DNA from: Psammoneis japonica
Taxonomy: Eukaryota
Assembly: GCA_008632985.1 (NCBI GenBank)
Contig: QPGO01000015.1
Location: 497,998 to 561,997 of the forward strand
Length of the DNA: 64,000 nucleotides
Direction of reading: 5' to 3'
In this document: positions 13,721-23,954 of the stretch, piece after piece
Layout of the letters: each line of letters starts with the position of its first letter
Numbering within the stretch: the stretch's first letter is position 1
Made by a program: the position numbers and the translations under genes
Notes under the pieces: generated by a model
Database searches by the model: none
Seen by the model: only the letters and a program-made list of their open reading frames with translations
Told to the model about the DNA's origin: nothing

Positions 13721-13996
13721 TGACAGAAACTGAAGGCAAATGGCAAGAATTCAAACAATGGCTCCTCACTGCTGTCTAAATGGCAGATGAGTCTCCGCTC
13801 AGAGACCGTTGCAGGAGCCGAAAGACGTGTAAGTCGGTATAATCGGGCTACTGTTATTATTCTTGTGAGCCTTGTGGCTCGAAAGCAAACTACATCGCGC
13901 GCGAACGCGCGGAACTAAAGCACACAAAACTGTGCGCGGTAAACTAAACAGCGCGCGATGTTTCGCGCGCACCCAAATCCTGTTCAAATCCTGTCA
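13721..13996 (-). repeat. 5' LTR of the nested element
   Basis: Direct repeat of 10405-10680, upstream of the gag-like ORF on the minus strand. Confidence 0.95.
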
Positions 13997-16034
13997 CCAA
14001 CAGCATCCTCAGAAGGAACATTTGTGATGGTGATTGCAGATGCTGCTGAAGAGCATGATGTCATGAGCACTGATGCACACCAAACACATTTGTGCAAACA
14101 ATGACACCAGAGCCTGACAAAGGCAAAGACCAAATTGTGATGAAAGTTGCAGGAGTGTTGGTTGACATGCTTGCGAGCATTGACCCCAACCCATGTGGAC
14201 CACATGTGGTCCTGGAAAAAGGCAAGAGAGTCCTTTCCATCCAAGTCATTGGAGCCACAATTGCAAAGACTTGGAGAAGACAAGGTTTGAGCTCAACCCA
14301 TGTGATCCATGCATTGCCAATCAAACAGTTGGTGGCAAGCAGCGCGCCATCCAACTCCATGTGGATGACCTCATGGCAAGCCTCAAGAGCCCAAAAGCAA
14401 ATGACAAGTTTTAAGCTGGTTGAACAAGGTGCATGGAAGCCATGGCAAAGTCATCTCTGTGCAAGAGAAGAGATGTGACTGTCACAGCATGACCCTGGAC
14501 TTCAGCCACAAGGGCAAGGGGGGGAGGCCAACATGACCAAAACTGTGCTGGCAAGATGATCCGTCAGTTTCCAGAAAAGATTGAGAATGCAGATGCTGCC
14601 ATGATGATGCCAGCAGGTGAGAATCCATTTGACGCCAGTGGTGCAAGCAGAGAAAGCACAGATGTTCCACACACAGGTGGCCAAGGGACTGTTTGCACCC
14701 AAGAGAGGTCATGTGGATGTGCACCCCCCGCTGTTGTGGCGCTGTGCACATGAGAGTCAGAGAACCTGTGAATGAAGATTGGGAAAAGTCAGTCCATTGT
14801 CTCAAGAGCATGAACCGGGCAAGAAACCAGCCACAATCTGCTGTGGCTGCAAATGAATGTTGACCATGTGCAGCAATGACTCGTGTGAGCTGTGCACATG
14901 TTGCAACATGATGACAAAGGCATGGCCACCAAACTGCTGGCTGGATTGCCAAGAGAGACTTGCAGGTCTAAGCAACACAAGAATGCAAGAGATGATGGGT
15001 GCAGATTGCATCAGAGCATTGGGAGAGTGCAAGAGGTGGGTTGAGAGCAACTGGAAGATGCTGGCTTTTGATCTGCACCTGCAACAAGACACTCTGGATT
15101 TGCGGGAGGTGTTGTTCACCACAAAAAAAAACAAAGACAGAAGACCCAGATCTTACACTGCCTTCCTGTTGGGGGAAGCCAGAGTTGTTGGGCCTGTGGC
15201 AGGGCCGGTGGCAGGGCCTGTGGCTGGGCAGATGCAAGTTGATGATGCAAGTGCATGAAGAAATGGTGGCACAATGGAGTTTTGAGACAGTGGAGCACAT
15301 GTCTGCTGCTGCACCTGTGTTCTCCATCTGTTGTGATTGAAGAATGACAAATGAGGAAATCAAGAGACAAGCCAATGAAGCTCCCCAGACCAAAGAATGT
15401 TGGTGGATTGTTGGAAGCTGAGCCTCAAGGCAAGGCAAAATGTGCTGCAATCAGCAGCAACCTGGCAATGAACAGTGCCTCAAGGACAGGTGCATCACCA
15501 GATCATTGAGCAATGAACTGCAATTGGCCATGAGCGTGAGCAACATTCAAGACCCAAGTGGAAAGTCAAATGTTTGCCTGCCCACATGTGGCATGGACAG
15601 GAATGGGGCACGCGGCACCCTCATGAAGTTCATCAAGTGCCCCAATCCTGATGTTGTCATGACTCATTGTGAGCTCATGAGGGACAACGATGGCATCATT
15701 TGTGATGTGAGAAAGTTGGCATCATTCTTCCACTGTGATTTTTGCAAGTGGTGCTGCAGAGAGATGGAGTTCTTTGACTTGACTCCCCCCAAAGCAACCA
15801 GCAACTGGGAAATGGAGGATCTGGCCAAGGAGTGGGACAGTGAATTTGAGAAAGAGAAACTCTGACATGGTCATGTGGAACATTTTGTGAAGCATGTTCA
15901 TGACATGACACACTCATTTGATGATGTGACCAGATGTTCTGACAATGGGCGGTGCGCCAGCTTTTGTGTTGCCCATTTGAGGGACAATTGTCAAGAGGTG
16001 GATCAGAAGAACATTGTTGAGAGCAGCAGGAGTG

Positions 16035-16387
16035 TGTTGAAGCATCTGGATCATGGGAACACAGGGAACACAGAGAACCCAGACATGTTAAAGAGAAGAT
16101 GTTGAAGATCCTGACATGGTGGATTTGACGAATCTTGCATTCGGAATGCATTGTCACCAATCTCACTCATTTTTCAGCTTGTCTTGCTCTTTGGAGTGAA
16201 TCGTCTGGTTTGCACAAATTACATTGTGGTGTCAGAAGGTGCCCATTTTGTGTTGCAAGTTTGAATTTCATCAAGAACTTCCAAGCAAACCACTGCTGCC
16301 AAAGCAGCCAGGGCAAGTGCAACAAGTGGCACAGGAAAGCCTTGCAGGATTCCCTTTTGGCAACATTGACTTGCTGCTGGTTCAACA
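16035..16387 (+). repeat. Copia LTR (copy 2), TGTTG...CAACA
   Basis: Preceded by AGCAGGAGTG (PPT-like 'RSVL' junction). Homologous to the 5971 and 18411 modules. The exact 3' end is uncertain. Confidence 0.7.
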
Positions 16388-18700
16388 TCAAGTGGATGGC
16401 ATGTGGGCATGCCAGAAGCTTGGCATCCAAAGCAGCACAGAAGCTGAACTTGTTGGAGTCAATGATGCCATGACTGTGATGCTGTGGACAAAGTTGTTCA
16501 TGGAGCACCAAGGGCATCCAGTTGACAAGAATGTCCCTGTGTCAGGACAAAAAGAGTGCCGTGCTGCCTGAAGCCAATGGGTGTAAGAGTGCCGGCAAGT
16601 GGTGGTCCAGAGCACTCAACATTTCAGCTTTTCTTTGTCACCAATCAGATCAAGAAGGGCAATCCAAGAGCCCAGTGCTGCACAGCTGTTGACATTCTTG
16701 GAGACTTCATGATGAAGCCTTTGCAGGGCAAGATTTTTGAAAGCTCAAACGAGCCATTGTGGGCTGTTAACTTCAAGCACAAGTGTTTCCTGTTCTTTGT
16801 GACATTGGACAAGAGTTCTGACGCATGTGGGTGAAAGATCCCTGCAACCCAGTGAGGGCACTGAACCAAGAAGTGGTTCAACCAGCCACAATCTGTGGCT
16901 GCACCAAATGAACATCAACCATGTGTGGTGACAACTCATGCGAACTCTGCATGCATTGTGACATGATGACAAAGGTGTGGCCAACAAGCTGTTGGCTGGA
17001 TTGTCAAGAGAGACTTGTGGGTCTGAGCAACCCAAAAACACAAGAGATGATGGATGAAGATCACAGCACAGAGCAATGGAAGTGTCGAAGAGGTGGAATG
17101 AGAGTGACCAGAAGAAGACACCAACTCTCAATCCACACCTCTCCACCACCACACCCTCTTTGCACCCAAGTTCAGATGGAGACAACCTGCCATCAGCATG
17201 GCCACCAACAAACATGGCCACTTCTGGATTTGATCCACCTGGAGGAGGGCACCTCTGAGCCAAGATGACCTGTTTTGGGCTTTTTCACTGTGACCAGTTT
17301 TTTTCACTTTCTCACTTTTTCTGGCTTTGTTGGAACAGGAACATTGATTGCTGTGACTGGACCACAGCCACTCCAGCTTGGGAAAGGCTTTGTTGGAAGT
17401 GGCGGCTTGCGAAGTGTGTGCTCGAATCCTTGATGTGCACCAGGTGCTGGACTTTGTTGAGAAAATGAAAACAGAAGATCCAAATGTGGTCACACCTTTC
17501 CATTGGGGGGAGCCTCAGTCATTGAGCCTGTGACATGGTCTGTGGCTGGGCAGATGCAAGTCATTGATGCAAGTGCATGAAGAAATGGCACAGCGGAGTT
17601 TTGAGAAGGTGGAGAGCACATGTCCACTGCTGCACCAATGTTCTCCATCCACAATGACTGGAGAAGTGCATGTGAAATTAAGAGACAAGCCAGCGAAGCC
17701 CCCAAAACCAAAGAACATTGGTGAATTGTTGGAAGCCAAGCCTCAAGGCAAGGCACAGTGTGCTGTCCTCTGCAGCAACCTGCTGGCAATGGAGAGCTCC
17801 TCAAGGACAGGTGCATTGCCTGTTGCAGCTGGCCCTGAGCAACAAGAGTGACATTCAAGACACACATGGAAAGTTGGGTGTTTGCCTGCCTGCACATGGC
17901 ATGGACAAGAAAGGTTCATGTGGTGCCCTCACAAAAAAGCTCATTGAGAGCCCTGATCCTGACATTGTCATCACTCATCATGGGCTCATGAGGGACAAGG
18001 ATGGCATCATTTGTGACACAAAGAAGTTGGCATCATTCTTCTACCATGAATGTTCACCTGCATGGAAATCACGTGAGTGGCACTGCAGAGAAATGGAGTT
18101 CTTTAATTTGACTCCTCTGAAGCAATCAATGGTTGGACAATGGATCTGGTCAAGGATCAGAACAGCGAAAACAAGAAAGAGCAACTCTGTTGTGATTGTG
18201 TGGAGTGTTTTGTAAAAAGTGTGTTTGTGACATGACACACTCATTTGATGACATGACCAGATGCTCTGATGATTGATGGTTCACCAGCTTTTGCATTGCC
18301 AGTTTGAAAGATGATTGTGAGGAGGCAACCAAGGGGATGTGTTGTTCCTCAAGACAGACCAGGAATGATCTTGTTGGAAGAACATGTCATTGTGAGCGGC
18401 AGCAGTGGTGTGTTGGAGCATCCAGATCATGGGAGCACAGAGAGCCCCAGACATGTTAAAGTCAAGATGTTGAAGATCCTGATGTGGCGGATTTGGCAAC
18501 TCTTCACACATTTGGATTTTATCATCGCCAATCTCACTCACCTTTCAGCTTGTCTCACTCTTTTCAGCAAATCATCTGGCTCACAAGAACTGCACTGTGC
18601 TGGTGTCACCAGGCACCTGGCCTGTTGTGACACAACTTTGAAGTTTGCATCAACAACTTCTGGGCAAACCACAGCCACCTGAGTGGCCAGAGCAAGTGTG
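16388..18700 (+). mobile_element. Second, 5'-truncated copy of the same copia: RNase H, 3' extra region and partial LTR (18411-~18700)
   Basis: QKLGIQSSTEAELVGVNDAMTVMLWTKLFMEHQG and DILGDFMMKPLQGKIF are copia RNase H motifs. 16879-18410 is homologous to 14825-16034. Confidence 0.8.
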
Positions 18701-19310
18701 GTGTCATCACCACAGAATGTTCTTGTGCTCCTGTTGTTCTTCTTCCAAAGAGCATGCTGCACTTGTTCTTGGGTTGACATCATTTTGATGAAACAAGCTC
18801 AAAAGTTGTTGTTGTTGTGCAGAATCTGGCACCACAGTGTTGTTTTGTGAGCCAGCATGTGGTGCAATGGCCTCTGGGGCTTGCCTTTCAAGCAGTTGTG
18901 TTTTCTTCTCTCATGAACAAGAAGGAACAAGCAAAAGCTCAAAGCCCATGACGGAATGTGTCGAGCACGTCTCCAACACTAACCCAGAAGTGGGCTGCCA
19001 AATTCATTGGCCTGGGAGTGCTTGACCTGAGTGTAATGTCGAGGGACGCTGCCAAAACAATTTTTTGCGTCGTGTCGTACGTACGGTAATGTCGTACCAT
19101 ACGTACCGGTACGTACGGCGTACGTCTGCCGCAAAACATCGTCTGTCCGACGCAACGGAAAAGATCGACGACCAGCACCGCCCGACCACCCGCCACACCG
19201 ACCACAGAACTGCCGTCGATCGACCACCATTTTCATTTTCCATTTTTGCAGTTCCAGGAAGACTTCGAATTCGTCAAAAGAGCAACAAAAGTACAAGTAA
19301 AAGCATCGCC

Positions 19311-21889
19311 ATGGGTCGGGGAGGAGGAGCTGTTGGAGGCATCGCAACAGGTGCAGGATCGAGAGTTGATGTGACGCTCAAGCTCCCGCAACTTCAGAAT
19401 TTCTGTAAACGGGATCCTAGGGGGTATCGCGAAGACTACGATGCGCAGATTCGTCGTTTGCGAGCAGAGTGCGACATTCTGGCGCTTTCTCCGTCGTCAG
19501 AACCCTCGCCATCTCTTGTAGAGCTCATTCAGTTTGCTGCTGCTGTGTCATCTTCGAGTTACAAGGGAGAAGAGGCGGATCGTATAGCTGACTTGCTGAT
19601 CGATTTGCTTCTTGGTTCAACCTCATCGTCAGCTGCGAAAGCTTCCTTAGCGACCAAAAGGGGACCAGTTCAAATGACCATGCCCTCTGCTGCTCTTCAA
19701 CTCCATCGTGATGTGCGTAAGGCCTGTGTGTCGGCCTTAATTTTGATGCGAAACAAAGGTGCAGTTCCACCTTTGAGGTTGTTGGAGCTCTTCTTCAGGA
19801 TCATGGCGGTGGTGCCTGACAAGGCTTTGCGAGAGTTACTGTACCGCCACATCGTCAATGATATCCGAAATATCAACAAAAAGGGCAAAAAGGACGAAAA
19901 AGTTAATCGCTCAATTCAATCCTTCTTGCATCGTGTTGTCTCCTCCCAGGACGACGTATCCGGTGGTGACGAGGAAAATGCTGCTGATGTGGCTGCCAAG
20001 AGAGCTACTGATATGGTCTGTGAATTGTATAGGAGGAATGTTTGGACCGATGAGCGCACCGTGGCTATTCTGGCGTCGGCGTGTGAAAATCGCAACACCA
20101 CCGTCATGTGTAGAGCGATTCGATTCTTTCTCAACATTGAAGAAAAAATGGCGGAAGATAAACAACGCGAGGAAGACGATGATTGGAACGGAGCTAATCA
20201 GATTGACTTCCATCAACATTCTAAAAAGACAAAGGTGGGTATTGCAGTCTGGAATGCATTGAGCGTTAACGTGTCCGTTGACTGTGCCCTCTTACTTATT
20301 ACGTTTTCGTTTCGAAGGCACACAGGCGACAGATAGAAAGGCAGGTCAAGAATAGAAAAAAGATGCAGCTGAAACGAGAACAGTTGGAAGCTGATAAAGT
20401 TGATAAAGGAGTTGAGGCATCCAAGAAGCTATACCCCGCCATTGAAATGCTTCGTGATCCTCAGGGACTTGCAGAAGCTATCTTTAAGAGGCTTCGATCC
20501 TCGGGTTCATACAAATATGAGGCCAAGCTACTAATGCTGAATTTCGTTACACGGCTGGTCGGCAATCACGAGCTCTTGTTACTCCCGCTCTATCCTTTTC
20601 TGCAGCGGTATATGGGTGGTCACCAGCGAGATGTCACAGCCGTCTTGGCTTACTGCGTTCAAGCCTGCCATGAGTATGTCCCACCGGATGAAATCTATGG
20701 TATTCTGAAAACGATTGCGCACAACTTTATCACCGAACGTTGCTCAGAGGAACAAATGGCCGTAGGTATCAATGCAGCGCGGGCGATTTGTGCTCGTGTT
20801 CCGTCTGTGTTGTCTCTAGAAGACAGCGAAGAAAGTACTGGTAGTACGGTGATGGACGTTGAGGCCTTTGCTCGAGATTTGGCTGCCTACTCCAAACACC
20901 GAGAAAGGTCGGTATCCATCGCTGGACGCGGATGGACGAACTTTATCAGGGAAGTGTATCCGACTCTATTACAAGGAAAAGATCGTGGTGCAACTGGATC
21001 GGCGCTTCATCGGGCAGGGGAGAAGCCTCTTCGGTATGGCGAACGAAAGGTTGCTGCTGGTGTAGCGGGTGCCGACTTGCTTGTGGAATATGAAGCGAAG
21101 AAGGCCAAGCACCGTCAAATGGAAAAAGATGGATTGCTGGATGACCAGATATCTTGTAGCGATGACGATAGTGATGGAATTCGTACAGAGAGAATGAACG
21201 GAGACAATAATTCTGGAGAGGAAGGTGAAAATTGGGTTGACGTCGACCAAGAAACGGATGGGGAAGATGACGTTGCCCCTCATCTTGTCTTGTTGGGTAG
21301 TGACGATGGAAAAGTTCGTGTATCCGACACTGATGGTAAAGGCAACAAAGAAGCAGAAACCCTGGATCTTTCAAAGCTGTCTGAAGACGAGAGAAGGAAA
21401 TTGCAACAAGATGTATCCTCAACTCGAGTATTCACAGTCTCCGACTTTGAGAAGATGAGGAAACTAGTGGAGCGGGAGGAAAGAATCAAAAAAGACCCTC
21501 GCGCAGCAGCTCGTCGGAAGCGAGCCATAGCTCAAGGGAAGGAATTTGACGAACTCAGCGACGAGGATAGCGAGTCTGATACTGATGACGAAGTTCACAT
21601 ATCTGGTGCTGTGAATCCCGCCGAAATCATGGCCGATGCCAAAAGGAAGCGAATGAGCAAGGCGGAGAAACTGGAGACAGTTATAGCAGGCCGCCAAAAG
21701 TTTGAACAGAAACACCGAGAGGGTGGGTCAACCAACGTGGAAAAGAAGCGTAGGAAGAATTTCAAAATGACTCAATTCAGCTACGCAGCGCGGCAGAAGA
21801 GGGGTGCGAAAGACTCTATGAAAGCGCTAAGGAAACGAAAGGCAGTTGGGAACAATCGTGATGCGAAGAAAAGGAGAAGGAAAGTGTAG
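19311..21889 (+). CDS. SDA1: Protein SDA1 (pre-60S biogenesis); intron 20235-20317
   Basis: LPQLQNFCKRDPRGYREDY, ELYRRNVWTDERTV, AHNFITERCSEEQMAVGINAARAICAR and GGSTNVEKKRRKNF motifs. The GT-AG intron joins the two ORFs in frame. Confidence 0.95.
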
Positions 21890-22990
21890 CCACGACATTA
21901 TGCTAGCGCCAAAGACCAACAACTGTGGTGCGGGCTCAGCGACTCACAAGCTCAACAGATGCTGTGATCAACAACGACAGGATGCTCCATCTCTTTAGAG
22001 GGATTCCTGATAACTTGAAGTTTAAAATGAGCATCAGTCATCATCAGGCTTCGTAATCGCTTTGATAGCCTCTCTGAGTGCTGTTTGTCTCTAGCTAGAG
22101 TCTACGGCGAAGACTTTGCTTGCAGCTTGACGACACTCCATTGGGACGTTAGCTTCTTCGGATACATACGAGTAATTTCTAGGTTGTGTTGTTGTTATGC
22201 TATGAACGGTCAACCACTCTATCCAATTGAGGATAATACACCTGTCCATTCTTCTGACAGACTCTGTCGAAACAAAGTGTTCTGGTAACACCTTATCCAA
22301 CAAGATACAAAAGCGAGATACGTGACGAAAATCTCATGTAGGCCACAATCCTTGCGTTTGACGTGACGATGGAGCGCGAGGACCGAGAACATGCTACGAC
22401 CGCCATCGTAGTCATTGACGTACGTACGGGATGAAAAACACGCCAATAAAGACTGCTACATTGTACTTTTACTATTTCTACTTCTATTGTAAAGGTTCAA
22501 AGCGTGTTTCAATAAAATTGAGACACAAATCGGTCGCGTAGGGTAATTTTGCCTCAAGAGCGCCATCAAAAGATGGCGCTCAAGCTTTTTCGTATCTTCA
22601 GAGTGAAATGTCACCCCAAAAAAAGAAAAAGGGGGGACGTAATACGGAGACAACAAGAAAACTTGCAAGTCAACCGCTTGCTAAGCCATTTCACTCCCTA
22701 CGAGTGAAGGCTTACCGTGTTACCGTGTCACCGGTACGGCGAAACCCCGATTCAGCGTTCCATCAACGGTATGATCTGCTCGGCGAGCTCTTGCTGCTTT
22801 GCAGACGAACACTTGCTGTCTCTTTCAACAGCCGTGGTCTTGACTGACCAAGTGAACGGGCAACTTCCTACGCTCAAAGGCACGAGAGTGACATGGACTC
22901 AAGGCCGGAGAGACGCATTCGATTTGCCCCGACCTCCGGACTTAACTGGCAACACCTATGCTACCATTTGTGACAACATGCCATCAAGCT

Positions 22991-23265
22991 AAATGAGTTG
23001 TGGAATGCCAAGCGAGAGCAAGGTCTCTATTATCCAGAGGAAGGGCGATCCATCCTTGGCGATTCCGGCATTCAGGCTTGGCAAACAACAAGCACATCGT
23101 GCGAGACGACGAGTCGAAAAAGAGAGACAACACACCATCAAGCAAAATGAGTTGTGGAATACCAAACAAGAGCGAGCTCTCAATCCAGAGGAAGGGCGAG
23201 CCATCCTCGGAGATTACGGCTTCCGGCTTGGCAAACAACAACACATCGTGCGAGACGACGAGTTG
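22991..23265. repeat. Two imperfect ~125-bp direct repeats
   Basis: aaatgagttgtggaat...atccagaggaagggcga...ggcttggcaaacaacaa.cacatcgtgcgagacgacgagt at about 22991-23116 and 23145-23265. Confidence 0.85.
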
Positions 23266-23954
23266 TGAGTTGTGATCGAAAATCGAGCGGTAGAGATTTT
23301 GTGTGTCGTGACCGTTGCAAAATTTCTCAATCACTATCACTTTTTGTGTACCTTAGTAGATTTAATACCACGTCGCAGTATGTAGAACGTTCGTTAGAAC
23401 TTGGTAGTTTCAAAATTATTACTAATTCCTACGTACGCTCTACGGTAGCCGTGCAAAACGCAAAAAGCAAGAAAGCACTCGCGCGATATTGCGCGCTGAA
23501 GATGGACTTCCCGCACCCGCTGATCTTTTTTCTTTTTTTTGCATAGGCCCTATTTTTTGAGATCATCTTGATGAATTGATGAATAATCATCGGTACTGTA
23601 TTCATTCAGTAGGGTGTCAAACCACAAACACCGGTTGATACTGTACATTGCGCAACGTTTGTTTGAAGATAGACCATTGCTATAGTCTGTCCTGGTCCTT
23701 TGTAGTGCATCTTATTTGATTTCTTTTCAGGAGCCATTTTTCTGGCCTCTGCGGCATCTTGGCGACCAGGGCCTGTTTCGTGGTCTGAAGCTACGTGAGA
23801 ATTGCTTCATTGTTCGCTGCCCTTCTCACCATTGACCCCATCAATGCTGGCCTTTGCTGTTGGAGCATATTCTTTTATAGGGTTGTTCAGGACGAGAAAT
23901 GCGCAACTGAGAAGCTTACGAACAGACAAACATCATCCCGGTTCAAGTGAAAAC

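Larger units (their letters stand above)
10405..13996 (-). mobile_element. Non-autonomous gag-only LTR retroelement nested in the copia RT
   Basis: Two 276-bp LTRs with TGACAG...CTGTCA ends. 5-bp TSD CCAAC at 10400-10404 and 13997-14001. PPT-like TGGGGAG on the minus strand abuts the 3' LTR. Single gag-like ORF, no pol. Confidence 0.92.
5971..16387 (+). mobile_element. Decayed Ty1/copia (diatom CoDi-type) LTR retrotransposon, interrupted by a nested element
   Basis: LTR-like module starts TGTTGG at 5971. Gag remnant at about 6500-7400 (DCSLGKDMHPKTLDKAINAL). Integrase at about 7900-8500 (LFIDAM..., ECDPEF, HVPEVERSMQTIKE). RT at about 10130-10404 and 13997-14820 (EKEMKQLHD, NPCDPCIAN, LHVDDL). 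A 3' region is followed by CAGGAG and an LTR at 16035. Confidence 0.85.

Noticed and set aside
3140..18950. Dozens of short Cys/His-rich ORFs resembling metal-binding proteins
   Set aside because: Artefact of TA/CG loss. TAA/TAG stops vanish and TGY/CAY codons are inflated in all six frames.
3140..18950. Classical fungal RIP as the cause of decay
   Set aside because: RIP enriches TpA and depletes CpA/TpG. The opposite is seen.
19065..19310. N-terminal extension of SDA1 in the ORF track
   Set aside because: Non-ATG start through promoter-like DNA. Homology begins after ATG 19311.
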